This document shows, piece by piece, positions 48,630 to 58,462 of a DNA stretch of 64,000 nt. Source of the stretch: an uncultured bacterium (GTDB taxonomy: Bacteria > Babelota > Babeliae > Babelales > Babelaceae); the NCBI GenBank assembly GCA_963722385.1, contig CAVRKK010000002.1:640001-704000 (forward strand), given 5' to 3'. The notes beneath the pieces are model-generated. The model searched no databases, was not told where the DNA came from, and saw only the letters and a program-made list of their open reading frames with translations. Made by a program: the position numbers and the translations under genes. Numbering within the stretch: the stretch's first letter is position 1; each line of letters starts with the position of its first letter.

Positions 48630-49221
48630 ACTTTTTAGCAAAAAATGCCAAGCCTTTGCGCAGCAGCGCATCAAATGTTGCATGCTCGAGCCAGCCCTCT
48701 TTCTTTAAGTGCTCAAGGCATGCACTGGTTTCTGCTCGCGAATACCCCAGCGAAGCAAGTACTTCTGAAAGTTGCTTGATAGAAGAGACCGTGGGCGTTT
48801 GGCTAAATTCAGGAGAAAGTGAAAGCTTGCCGATCTTGTCTTTGAGTTGCATAATCAGGCTTTCTGCCTTTTTGGGGCCGACGCCATCGATACCATGAAA
48901 CGCTCGCACGTCACCTGATAGCACTGCTGAGACAAAAAGAGCCGGTGAAAGAGCGCCGAGAATTGCCAGCCCTATCTTGGGTCCAATACCCGAACAAGCA
49001 ATGATTAATGAAAAAATATGCCGCTCATCGCTGCTCGCAAAACCAAAGAGCTGCATGCCCTGATCCTGCGTTACGTGGGTATAAATAGCAAGTTCCAGGG
49101 GGCCGCCTAAGGTAGCATGAACATTAGATGGCACGGTTACCAAAAAGCCTATACCATTGGCAACCAGTGTGATATGGGGTGTCTGAACAGCGTGGGCAGT
49201 GCCCGTCAAATAAGCAATCAT
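48616..49221 (-). CDS. ruvA: Holliday junction DNA helicase subunit RuvA
   Basis: MIAYLTG start with AGGA RBS, LFGF, SGIGPKIGLAIL, GVGPKKAE, LASLGYS. Confidence 0.95.
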   Translation of the reverse strand: MIAYLTGTAHAVQTPHITLVANGIGFLVTVPSNVHATLGGPLELAIYTHVTQDQGMQLFGFASSDERHIFSLIIACSGIGPKIGLAILGALSPALFVSAVLSGDVRAFHGIDGVGPKKAESLIMQLKDKIGKLSLSPEFSQTPTVSSIKQLSEVLASLGYSRAETSACLEHLKKEGWLEHATFDALLRKGLAFFAKKSTAG

Positions 49222-49311
49222 GCGGTTCCTTTTTTTACTTTTACTATTGTATAAAATTCGCGAGCTATTGACAAATCCAGTAGTTCTGGTAGTTTTCATG
49301 GTAGTAGCTGT

Positions 49312-49387
49312 GCGGGAATAGCTCAGTTGGTAGAGCGTTGCCTTGCCAAGGCAAAGGTCGCGGGTTCGAATCCCGTTTCCCGCTCCA
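49312..49387 (+). tRNA. tRNA-Gly(GCC)
   Basis: GCGGGAATAGCTCAGTTGGTAGAGCG...TTGCCAA...GGTTCGAATCCCGTTTCCCGCTCCA; TTGACA at 49268 upstream. Confidence 0.98.
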
Positions 49388-49458
49388 ATATCTGCAACTT
49401 ATCATAAAATTCATCATTATTATTTTGCCAAAATTATCGCAGAAAAAGGTTAGGGTTT

Positions 49459-50061
49459 ATGAAATCAATAATGCAGGAAGCATCCTCCATTGCCAAGGCC
49501 ATTGAACAAGCATGGATGACAGCAGGCCAGCCTGCCGAGTTTACCATCAAAGTTTTGGAAGAGCCTCAAAAGAACTTTATCGGTTTTACGACACGATCTG
49601 CCAAGATAGCACTGTTTTTTGAAATGGCGCCCTCGGCAAAGCCGCAAGCACCAAAAGCAAAACCAGCTGTTTCAAGGCACACTGAAGCCAAAGTGATGCA
49701 ACCTAAGCCAGTTATACAAGAACGCGAGCAAAAAGAGCCAGTAGCCCCGCGGCAAGCGCATCCCACGCGCAGGCAATACAAGCCATATTGGAACGATGCC
49801 ATGGTCAATTTTACCAAGGAATGGCTCCAGGAAACATTGAGCCTGATGGGCATCGGCAACGTACCCTTTACGATAGAGCCATCCGACTTTTATTTGCGGG
49901 TAACTTTTGGTCAAAGCTTAATCGGTGAGGAAGCACAAGAAAAACGCTTATTTGCCAGCCTTGCGACGCTTATTATCGAAACGCTCAAGCGAACGTTCAA
50001 GACCGGCCTGCGCGGTCACAAAATTGTACTCATACCGGCAGCCCATGATAGTCAGTCGTGA
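49459..50061 (+). CDS. jag: Jag/EloR N-terminal-domain protein (short form)
   Basis: MKSIMQEASSIAKAIE...IKVLEEPQKNFIGF Jag_N pattern; directly upstream of mnmE. Confidence 0.65.
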   Translation: MKSIMQEASSIAKAIEQAWMTAGQPAEFTIKVLEEPQKNFIGFTTRSAKIALFFEMAPSAKPQAPKAKPAVSRHTEAKVMQPKPVIQEREQKEPVAPRQAHPTRRQYKPYWNDAMVNFTKEWLQETLSLMGIGNVPFTIEPSDFYLRVTFGQSLIGEEAQEKRLFASLATLIIETLKRTFKTGLRGHKIVLIPAAHDSQS

Positions 50062-51421
50062 TGAAGAAACCATTATAGCGCAATGTACACCGCGTGGCAG
50101 CGGGTCGCTGGCATTATTGCGCCTGTCAGGCGACAATGCCATAAACATTGCTGATTTATTGACCAAGCTGCCCAAGATTCAATCTCTACAAGCCGCTCCT
50201 TCCCATACAATTCATTATGGCTGGGTTGTTGATAAAGGCGGCGCCAAAGTCGACCAAGTAATGATAAGCATACTTCGTGCACCTCGTACGTTTACTGGCC
50301 AAGACACCATCGAAATTACGTGCCACAACAATCAGTTTATTATCGAAGAGATTATTGCTCTTGCCATTGGGTACGGTGCTCGCCACGCGCAAGCGGGCGA
50401 ATTTTCGCAGCGGGCATTATTGCATGGTAAAATTGACCTTGTCCAAGCAGAAGCGCTTAATGAACTTATTCATGCGCAGAGCCAGCAGGCGCTCAAAAAA
50501 TCGCTTGCCCAACTTGAAGGCACGCTCTCCCAGTGGATAACACATATCGAGGGAGAGCTTGTACGTAGTCTTGCCTGGTGTGAAGCGAGCTTTGAGTTTC
50601 TCGATGAAGAGCAAGAATTTGGCGATCAAATCAAAGAGCATCTGCAAGGGCTCTTAAAGATGATTGAGCATACAAAAAAAACGTTTGATAACAACCAGCA
50701 CCTCAGGCAAGGCGTTCGTATAGCGATGATCGGCTCGGTCAATGCCGGCAAGTCTTCCCTGTTTAATAGCCTGCTTGGGCATAAGCGATCTATCGTAACC
50801 AATATTCCCGGGACAACGCGAGATACCATTGAAACTGGGGTATATCGCAAGGGGCTTTATTGGACGTTGATTGATACGGCAGGAATTCGCCCCACCGACG
50901 ATATTATCGAGGCTGAGGGTATTGAGCGCTCATTGGCTGAGGGCAAGAAAGCAGATATTATCGTACTTGTTTTTGACGGGTCTGCCCACTTGACCGAGGC
51001 AGAGCGTGCATTTTACGTATCTTTCATGCAGGATTACCAACACAAGACCATATTGGTACATAATAAAGCCGATCTGGCCGGTATAAGCAACCTTGATATG
51101 TCTGACGCCGCACTACGAGTTTCAGCACTAAGTGGGGAGGAAGTAGCCCTTGTAGAGTGCGCTCTTCAAGCAAAGATCAACGCGCTTTTTGGACATGCTC
51201 TTGAAGCACCTTTTTTATTAAACGAGCGACATTACAAGCTTTTGCTGGGGCTTGAAAAAAAGCTGAGCGAGATCGTAAGCATGCTCTCAGGAGTTACTCA
51301 CTATGAGCTCGTATCTTTTCACCTAAGGCAAGCACTCGAGCACGTGACTGAGTTAACCGGTAAAAGTATCAGCGAAGCAGGCTTGGATGCTGTGTTTAGG
51401 GAATTTTGTGTCGGCAAATAA
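50045..51421 (+). CDS. mnmE: tRNA modification GTPase MnmE (TrmE)
   Basis: TIIAQCTP.G, APRTFTGQD, GSVNAGKSS, PGTTRD, DTAG, NKAD, C-terminal FCVGK. Confidence 0.97.
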   Translation: MIVSRDEETIIAQCTPRGSGSLALLRLSGDNAINIADLLTKLPKIQSLQAAPSHTIHYGWVVDKGGAKVDQVMISILRAPRTFTGQDTIEITCHNNQFIIEEIIALAIGYGARHAQAGEFSQRALLHGKIDLVQAEALNELIHAQSQQALKKSLAQLEGTLSQWITHIEGELVRSLAWCEASFEFLDEEQEFGDQIKEHLQGLLKMIEHTKKTFDNNQHLRQGVRIAMIGSVNAGKSSLFNSLLGHKRSIVTNIPGTTRDTIETGVYRKGLYWTLIDTAGIRPTDDIIEAEGIERSLAEGKKADIIVLVFDGSAHLTEAERAFYVSFMQDYQHKTILVHNKADLAGISNLDMSDAALRVSALSGEEVALVECALQAKINALFGHALEAPFLLNERHYKLLLGLEKKLSEIVSMLSGVTHYELVSFHLRQALEHVTELTGKSISEAGLDAVFREFCVGK

Positions 51422-51439
51422 AACAGAGTATTCTCCGTA

Positions 51440-52330
51440 TTGGCGAGGCGTGTCATGGATTATAATCGTATTTTCTTGATGCTTAATTGCTTTTTTGTTG
51501 CATCGGTGATAGGTGTACTTTTTTACCGCTTTAATATGGCATCGGGCGATGAACCTCATGGGCTTTTTGATGCGCGGGGGATTCCTAGCCAAGCATTGAT
51601 ACGGCTGCTTGATGTTTTGCAGGTTTCACATGAGAGAACGATTGAAAGCATGGTAAATGCTACACAAAAAACACTTTTGCGCCCTGCAGGCGCTGAGCGC
51701 TGGGAAGCGGAAGATAGATACGGTGAAAAAAAGCCAAAGCTTATGCCTTTGTTTGATCAGTTGGGCATGATTCAAAAAAAAGTTCCCTCTCAGCAGCATT
51801 ATGCGTATGTAGTTTTGCTTGGCTCGTTATATGATAACGTCAAAGACCGGTTACTCTTTCTTGCGCGGGCATGGGACCGAGGGGTTAGGTTTGACACATT
51901 GGTGCTTTTGGGGGGTCAGCGGCCTTTGCTTCATGATGAGCAGGAGAGCTTAAAGGCGCTTGCTCCATCTGAGAAGCCACTTTCTGAAACTGACATGTTA
52001 AAGCTTGCTTATCATTATTTATCTATTCCCCAGACCATGAGAGAGGTTCCGGTTGTTTTTGTGGACGCTCCTAAGCCCCTAGGAGCACGTAGGCCAACAA
52101 CGAGTGACACGATTGCCGCATGGCTAAGCATGCAGCCCATTTCTGGATCGGTTTTAGCAGTTTCTTCTCAGCCATTTATAGGTTATCAGGATGCGGTTTT
52201 GCACACTTTTTTGCCAAAAGATTTTGTAGTGGAAACGGTTGGCAATAACGCTCGCGAAGAAGTGACCACGGCGGTATATCTCGATACACTGGCTCGCTGG
52301 CTTTATCAACTCCGACAGCAAGCAGAATAA
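51440..52330 (+). CDS. Membrane-anchored hypothetical protein, possibly YdcF/DUF218-like
   Basis: N-terminal TM; VVLLGS, LGGQRPL, SETDM, RPTTSDT, VSSQPF. Confidence 0.55.
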   Translation: MARRVMDYNRIFLMLNCFFVASVIGVLFYRFNMASGDEPHGLFDARGIPSQALIRLLDVLQVSHERTIESMVNATQKTLLRPAGAERWEAEDRYGEKKPKLMPLFDQLGMIQKKVPSQQHYAYVVLLGSLYDNVKDRLLFLARAWDRGVRFDTLVLLGGQRPLLHDEQESLKALAPSEKPLSETDMLKLAYHYLSIPQTMREVPVVFVDAPKPLGARRPTTSDTIAAWLSMQPISGSVLAVSSQPFIGYQDAVLHTFLPKDFVVETVGNNAREEVTTAVYLDTLARWLYQLRQQAE

Positions 52331-52331
52331 A

Positions 52332-52746
52332 GAATATCGCCTGCCGGGCCGACTTCGCCAAGGCTGGGCGCCTCCGCGGCGAGCGCGCCTGTGCCGCGGG
52401 CACACCTACGCAGTGGGCGGCAGGAGCGTGCTCCTGCACCTGTAGATTTTGTTTCTTTCTTTATAAGCTTATTTCTCAACTTTGTTTAATGCCATAACCA
52501 TGCGGAGCGCATGATTACGGCAAACGCAATTCTCCTAACGGAGAATAATTTTTTGTTCTCTAGTAAATCTCTAAAATCTTTAATAAATAAAAGTCTGATG
52601 AGGCCCTCCGTAATAGCCCGGCGCATCCTTCCGGGATGCAAGGTGCATGAGTAGGGCCGCTTGGATTAGGGGCCGGGGAAAGCGGCGCATGGGTTGCAAG
52701 GGGGTTTGCGAGAACCCCGCTTGCCGCTCGCCGCGGAGGCGTATTC
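52332..52746 (+). repeat. Intergenic hairpin repeat family, copy 4 (complete, type 2)
   Basis: Three 17-bp units, shared 5' hairpin module, 3' end CGCTCGCCGCGGAGGCGTATTC complementary to the 5' unit. Confidence 0.9.
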
Positions 52747-52802
52747 GCTAATCACCTTCTCTTGGAGGTTGTTTCAGATGAGCTACGTCGCAGATATCGC
52801 AT

Positions 52803-52840
52803 AAAAAAACGAGCCATGAGTTTTAGCCCATGGCTCGTTT
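52803..52840 (-). terminator. Rho-independent terminator of the OmpA-family gene
   Basis: Minus strand AAACGAGCCATGG-GCTAAAAC-TCATGGCTCGTTTTTTT. Confidence 0.8.
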
Positions 52841-52861
52841 AAATCTTGACGACAGGATCGC

Positions 52862-53629
52862 TTATAACGCGCCCTCTTCTTCAAAGCCGTCTTCTTCTTC
52901 AGGCTCTTGCTGCTCGGTGGCCTGAGATGACTCGGCAGCAACCTGCTCTGCTGGCTCTTTAAGTACGTAGAACTCAACACGCCGATTTGCCGCTTGCTGT
53001 TCCATATCGCCTTCTGGAACGAGGCACATCTCATATCCTCGGCCGACGACCTTCATTTTTTCTCGTGGAACTCCCTGCTCAGTAAAGTACTTCGCAACTG
53101 CCTCAGCGCGTTGCTCGGATAGATGCATGTTATACAGGGCGGAACCAGCAAAACGACATGCATGGCCCTCTACAACAATTGTTGAACCCTTGCGCACTAA
53201 GCCAGAAATTCTTCTGAGGTTGGCATCAAGGACTGCCTGCTGATCTGGTCTTATTGAATATTCACCAAAACTAAAGTAAACAGGCCTGAAGCCGTGCTCC
53301 TGTGCTTGATCAAGGCGCTTGTCGACCCATGCCTCATCAACCAAGTCATGTTCAACTAAAGCAATCTCTTCTTCTGTTGCTGGTGCTGGCGGTACAAATG
53401 CATTGCCAGGCTCTTCTAAAATAAAGCCCTCAACATCTTCGCTGGCCATTGGCTTGCTTTCAACTTCATAGGCACCCGGCATTTGCTCGGTATATGCCTC
53501 TTGAACACAAGGCTCAATAACAGTTTCTGTCGAGACTGGGCGCGCTCTCACTATCCTTCGCTGACAAGGCTGGCGACAGGCAGGAATAGCTAAAAGCGCC
53601 AGTCCAAGAAGAACTATTCTTTTGTTCAT
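52862..53629 (-). CDS. OmpA/Pal-family peptidoglycan-associated lipoprotein
   Basis: Lipobox-like IPAC; VYF, VEGHAC, YNMHLSEQRA, VVGRGYE, NRRVE. Confidence 0.9.
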   Translation of the reverse strand: MNKRIVLLGLALLAIPACRQPCQRRIVRARPVSTETVIEPCVQEAYTEQMPGAYEVESKPMASEDVEGFILEEPGNAFVPPAPATEEEIALVEHDLVDEAWVDKRLDQAQEHGFRPVYFSFGEYSIRPDQQAVLDANLRRISGLVRKGSTIVVEGHACRFAGSALYNMHLSEQRAEAVAKYFTEQGVPREKMKVVGRGYEMCLVPEGDMEQQAANRRVEFYVLKEPAEQVAAESSQATEQQEPEEEDGFEEEGAL

Positions 53630-53783
53630 GGGACCATCTCCGGTATCATAAGGGAGTAAATGTTATTATGTATAACGCACTTTAGCACAAATTTTTCTAA
53701 TTTTCTACTTATTATCAGAGATATAAGGTATGCTAGTAATATACAAAAAAAGAATTACCTGAGCCGATAACGTTCGATTTACT

Positions 53784-55304
53784 ATGAAAAAAATTTTAAT
53801 TAATGACAATCTTTGGCAAACACGTATCGCTATTATCCATGATGAAAAACTGGATAATCTTTACCTTGGCACACCCTCAACCGAGAGCCTTGAGCGCTGC
53901 TATTTCAAAGGCAACGTCGTAAAGGTGCTTCCTGGCATTCAGACAGCCTTTGTCGACATTGGGCAAGAAAAGGCTGGTTTTCTCCACATTTCTGAGATAG
54001 ATCGCGAGCTTGCTATTAAACGCATGAGCGAACAGCTTGAAGATATCGATGAGACAGATCACGCCGAAAGGCCCGAGCTGCCGACTCGCCGAGAAATGGA
54101 CATCAACAAGATCTTGAAAGAGAAGGAATCGATCCTTGTCCAGGTCAGCAAAGAGCCGGTTTACGAAAAAGGCGCTAAGCTCACCACCTGTTTTACTCTA
54201 CCTGGCCGCTTTATTGTTCTGATGCCGAATATTCCGCGTATTGGCATATCAAAGAAAATAGAGGACCGTGACGAACGTAACCGCTTGCGTGAACTCGTCG
54301 GCAAGCAATTACCTGAGGGCATGGGAGCTATTATCAGGACCAGCTCAGAGCACAAGCAAGAATATGAGATTTCCCAGGATATTGCATATTTGCTTGATAC
54401 GTGGCAAACAATTCTTAAGCGCTATAAAGAATCGGAGCCCGGCCAGAAACTTTACGAAGATATTGACATATCACTTCAGGTTATACGCGACCATCTTGAT
54501 AGCGATGTTGAGCTTGTGTTATGCGACAATTATGAAAGCCAAAGCCGCATTTATAAATTCGTTAAGCGCATAGCGCCCGAGCATGCATATAAGATTCGCT
54601 TGTATGAAGATAAATTGCTACTCTTTCAAAAGTTTGGTCTCGAAAGACAAATCGAACAAGCACTTGAAAAAAAGGTATATTTAAAATCCGGTGGCTCGCT
54701 TATTATAGAGACAACCGAAGCAATGACGGTTATCGATGTCAACACAGGACGGTACACGGGACAATCAAGACTTGAAGAAACAATTCTCAAGATCAACCTT
54801 GAAGCAGCAGAAGAAGTTGTCAGGCAGCTCAGGTTGCGTAACATTGGTGGACTAATTGTTATCGATTTTATCGATATGGTTTCAGTTGCGCATCGTCAAA
54901 AGCTTTACCGCTTTTTAGAGAAAACATTGAAAGAGCAGGATAAATTTCAATCAGTTGTACTCAAAGTTTCCGAATTTGGTCTTGTACAAATGACACGCAA
55001 GCGTTCAGGTAAAACGCTCATTCAGCAAATGACCGAAACCTGTCATACGTGTCGGGGGCTTGGATTTGTCAGATCAGTTTCAACGGAAAGCTTTATGATT
55101 TTACGGAAGTTACAAGAAGAACTCATCCATAAACCCGCCAGTAAAACCGCGATCACTCTTTCGGTGCACCCGACTATTTTGACCTATATCACGTCAACCG
55201 AGTACAATGCCATACTGAATCTTGAAAAGGCATATAAGGTAAAAATTATGCTGGTAACGCATGATAGTCCTGATAAAAGCTTGTACGAGATGAGCTACGA
55301 TTAG
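53784..55304 (+). CDS. rng: Ribonuclease E/G family (RNase G-sized)
   Basis: KVLPGIQTAFVDIG, LVQVSKEP, SGGSLIIE, IDVNTG, LRNIGGLIVIDFIDM, FGLVQMTRKR, CxxC. Confidence 0.95.
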   Translation: MKKILINDNLWQTRIAIIHDEKLDNLYLGTPSTESLERCYFKGNVVKVLPGIQTAFVDIGQEKAGFLHISEIDRELAIKRMSEQLEDIDETDHAERPELPTRREMDINKILKEKESILVQVSKEPVYEKGAKLTTCFTLPGRFIVLMPNIPRIGISKKIEDRDERNRLRELVGKQLPEGMGAIIRTSSEHKQEYEISQDIAYLLDTWQTILKRYKESEPGQKLYEDIDISLQVIRDHLDSDVELVLCDNYESQSRIYKFVKRIAPEHAYKIRLYEDKLLLFQKFGLERQIEQALEKKVYLKSGGSLIIETTEAMTVIDVNTGRYTGQSRLEETILKINLEAAEEVVRQLRLRNIGGLIVIDFIDMVSVAHRQKLYRFLEKTLKEQDKFQSVVLKVSEFGLVQMTRKRSGKTLIQQMTETCHTCRGLGFVRSVSTESFMILRKLQEELIHKPASKTAITLSVHPTILTYITSTEYNAILNLEKAYKVKIMLVTHDSPDKSLYEMSYD

Positions 55305-56599
55305 CCAGGGCGTATCCACCTAAAGCCGAACAGCTGCTCAGGCTCAGGGGTATAGCGTTCTTGGTCAGCTTCTTTGAGTATGTGGCGTATAAGTGTCTTA
55401 ATTTTGTGAGGGAACTTTTTATTGCTCAACGGCGCCATGTGCTCGCGTATACTTGTCTTGTAGTTAATGTCAGTTAGCATGCGCGTTAATTTTTTGGGTA
55501 AGTCATTGTAGCTGGTGAGCACTTCGCCGAGCTTGTGCTTTTTGACAATTTCGGGCTGCATCCGCTCGACCTCCAGCGGCTCCGATACGCTGTCAATGAG
55601 CAGGGGAACTTGCATTTCTATCGCTTCAACGAGCGTTGTAGCACCTGCCTTGGTAATTAAGACATCCGAAATAGCCATAAGGTCAGATATTCTTCGGGTA
55701 AAGCCAATAATAGATCTGGTCACATTGGGCGGAAACTTGATACGCTCGATGCTTTTGCGAATAGCTTCGTTTTTGCCAATACAAATAAGCAGGTGTAAAG
55801 AAAAGTCCATTTTAGCAATATGCTTAAGGTACGCGACCGATTTAGATGAACCCGTCGCACCCATGAGCATCATGACGACTGGCTTGTTTGCAGGTACGCC
55901 AAAATCTTTTCTTATTTGTTTTTTGTCTTTAGGTTGAAAAAAATCAGGCCTGAGCGGGAATCCATAGGCTTTAATAAAATAGGGGTAAATCCATGCTTCT
56001 TTGGCTTTGTCGCGGAGCAACTCATCGTCAAAGGGAAGCGTGCAATAGAATGGACGGGACGGGTACATATCCGTTAGGTAACGGCTTGTATCACAGTCGG
56101 GAGCTATCAGTAAGAAGGGTATATTGAGGCGCCGTGCCGCCTCATTGAGCGCGTAATTTAAAACGGGTATGACCGAAATAACCAAGTCCGGTTTTTCGAT
56201 GCGTAAATATTTTTCAAGCTCATCCTCAAGATAGCGCGTGTGGCGGCGCATCGATGATATGCCGAAGAAAAATGTTTTATTAATGATCCAGCGGCAATCG
56301 CGTGCCAGCAAGCAATTGTAAAAATCCTCGCTGTCCATATAACCAAAAGATAAAGCGCGCACGGGGTCTAATTTCCCCCAGACTTTTTCAAGGGGATTAA
56401 ATGCGACCAGATCGTATTCCGGGCAAAGATAATTTTTTAATGCATCGAGCATCGATTTATGCGCACCACCGCCCTTGCTCCAAGCGATAGCAACTTTTTT
56501 CTTTTTATGGGCTATCGTACTACCATATGCTGCCTGCTCACCAATTTGCAGCATGCCAATTACGAAGCTTATAAGAATCCAATAAGCACTTTTTTTCAT
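55301..56599 (-). CDS. MGDG-synthase/UgtP-like (GT28) glycosyltransferase with signal peptide
   Basis: GGGAH, KPDLVISV, GFPLRPDF, MGATG, SDVLITKAGATTLVEA. Confidence 0.88.
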   Translation of the reverse strand: MKKSAYWILISFVIGMLQIGEQAAYGSTIAHKKKKVAIAWSKGGGAHKSMLDALKNYLCPEYDLVAFNPLEKVWGKLDPVRALSFGYMDSEDFYNCLLARDCRWIINKTFFFGISSMRRHTRYLEDELEKYLRIEKPDLVISVIPVLNYALNEAARRLNIPFLLIAPDCDTSRYLTDMYPSRPFYCTLPFDDELLRDKAKEAWIYPYFIKAYGFPLRPDFFQPKDKKQIRKDFGVPANKPVVMMLMGATGSSKSVAYLKHIAKMDFSLHLLICIGKNEAIRKSIERIKFPPNVTRSIIGFTRRISDLMAISDVLITKAGATTLVEAIEMQVPLLIDSVSEPLEVERMQPEIVKKHKLGEVLTSYNDLPKKLTRMLTDINYKTSIREHMAPLSNKKFPHKIKTLIRHILKEADQERYTPEPEQLFGFRWIRPG

Positions 56600-56843
56600 A
56601 TAATTTTTTAGACCACCATACGTAGCGATAGTTAATATACGTATTTAGCCTACACTACTTTGTTTATCAAAACAATAGTATGCCTTAAAGGCGATTATAC
56701 CAAGGTTCTCCGCAAATTTACATGCAAAAGCAGGCTTTCGGACCCGATATTTGTTAGCAGGGCCTTGGCGAGCCGCTTGACGAATTAAACATATTGACTA
56801 ATAGTTAATAAGGTTGTTATAATTATTCAAAATAGCTGTTAAG

Positions 56844-58349
56844 TTGGTAAAAAATATGAGGTCTTTAATGAATTTAAAATTTATATGCGCACTACTTTTT
56901 CTCTTGTTCGGTGCAGCGCCTATAATGAGTATGGAAGGCGGCAAGCGACCTAATAAAGAAAAAGAAAAGGAAAAAGAGCAAGAACGTTCGCGCGCTGAAG
57001 AAGCAGAAAAAAAAGAAGAAGAACGACCAGCAACCAAAAAGCCTCGTTATGGTCAAGCCGAAGAGGCTGAAGCACCAATAAAATTGGAAGAAGCAAAGCC
57101 TTGGAGCGGTGTTGCACAAATAGAATTGCTCTCTTCTCTGAGCCAAGATATTGTTAATTACGATGATGCGCGGCTTGCTCTTGAAAATGGGGCCGATGCC
57201 AGTTCATGGCATGGTATTATAGAGGAAGCGTTTGATAGCCCACTTTTGTTTCTACTCCGCCGAATTGCCAGCCCAGAAAATTGGGGAAGGCAACAAAATC
57301 CACTGAAACTCATAGAACTTCTTATCGAATATGGTGCTGATGTTAATCAGGCAGGCTTCGCGCAAGGAAGGTCCGAGCTTCCGCTTTTAATAGCATTAGA
57401 CAATAACAATAAACAGCTTGCCGAATGGTTACTTAAGCATGGAGCTAATATATGGCACCATGCTTTTGTTGAGAGAGCTACAAATTCTCGTGATATTCTG
57501 CTTCTTCTTCAGCGTTATGGGCTTGACGTAAATACTTGGATAGGTACTATGCTGCACAGCGCTACAAATGCTTATTTGCAAGCCATAAGATTGGGGAACA
57601 TGAGCGAGCAGTTGCAAATGAAAAAGGTGCTCGATTATCTTATATTTTTGGGCGTTAACCCTGAGAAATATCAAGCGCAGAGACCGCTTGAAGGGTACCT
57701 CAACACACTACTTCCTATTTTAAGAAACATTGCTTTGGACCAAACAGAGGCAGCTTTAGAAGGTCTCAAAAAAATTGAAGGCTCCCTTCGGCCATGGATG
57801 TATGCTTACTTGCCTATTAAAGATGACTCACGAATAGACCTTGTAAACATTGCTTTTCGTCTGGCAGCTGCTCATGAGAATATTGCTATTGTCACCTATC
57901 TTTTTCGTCAATTTATGCCTATTTTAAGACCGAGCACTCTTCGGACATCTTTCTTGACGGCAGCTCTCACAGGGCATATTTCTATTCTTGAGATGCTGTA
58001 TAATGCACAATTGGTCGAAGGAACCGAATGGACTCAAAACCTCAATGGGGCACTGAGGGCTGCTGCTCAGCAACGCCATAGAGATGTGGTAGCTTTTATC
58101 TTAAAAATAGCTAAAGAGCTGGCTGCTGTGGGGAAAGTTGAGCCCCTCAAACTTCTTGATGTAATCGAGCATCTCAATGTGCTGTTGGGCAATCAGAAAT
58201 TGCCTCAAAACATAAGAAGGCAGTTTGAGCAAATCCGACAAATGCTCTGGGATCAAATTATTCTTAGGACTCAAGAATCAATGGCGGCGGCCTCTTCTTC
58301 GCAGCTAAGACCAGGAGCTCAGCCGCCGGGCTATTTTGGAGGTGAGTAA
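56844..58349 (+). CDS. Secreted ankyrin repeat protein (ATG start 56856 or 56868)
   Basis: Signal peptide, K/E-rich tract, LLIEYGADVN, LLKHGANI, AAAHEN, AALTGH, AAQQRH ankyrin-like repeats. Confidence 0.85.
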   Translation: MVKNMRSLMNLKFICALLFLLFGAAPIMSMEGGKRPNKEKEKEKEQERSRAEEAEKKEEERPATKKPRYGQAEEAEAPIKLEEAKPWSGVAQIELLSSLSQDIVNYDDARLALENGADASSWHGIIEEAFDSPLLFLLRRIASPENWGRQQNPLKLIELLIEYGADVNQAGFAQGRSELPLLIALDNNNKQLAEWLLKHGANIWHHAFVERATNSRDILLLLQRYGLDVNTWIGTMLHSATNAYLQAIRLGNMSEQLQMKKVLDYLIFLGVNPEKYQAQRPLEGYLNTLLPILRNIALDQTEAALEGLKKIEGSLRPWMYAYLPIKDDSRIDLVNIAFRLAAAHENIAIVTYLFRQFMPILRPSTLRTSFLTAALTGHISILEMLYNAQLVEGTEWTQNLNGALRAAAQQRHRDVVAFILKIAKELAAVGKVEPLKLLDVIEHLNVLLGNQKLPQNIRRQFEQIRQMLWDQIILRTQESMAAASSSQLRPGAQPPGYFGGE

Positions 58350-58462
58350 TTCAGGTATGGAAAAGCGAACAATTTCGCCACGCTTATTTTTCTTGCGCTT
58401 TATTTATTCCAGATGTTAAATTAAGTAAGAGTATATTAGAAATATATAAACAAAGGAAAATA

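Noticed and set aside
49925..50044. N-terminal extensions on MnmE (also AtpD from 20935, GatB from 59782, RuvA from 49299, GlyA from 27402)
   Set aside because: ORF-caller overextension: they overlap upstream genes or promoters, are not signal-like, and better downstream starts match the family N-termini.
52595..52690. Hammerhead ribozyme suggested by CTGATGAG (also at 61551)
   Set aside because: The stem after CTGATGA (GGCCC...GGGCC) is followed by GCTT/GTTT, not the required GAAA, and I could not build stems I and III; a covariance search would be needed to revive it.
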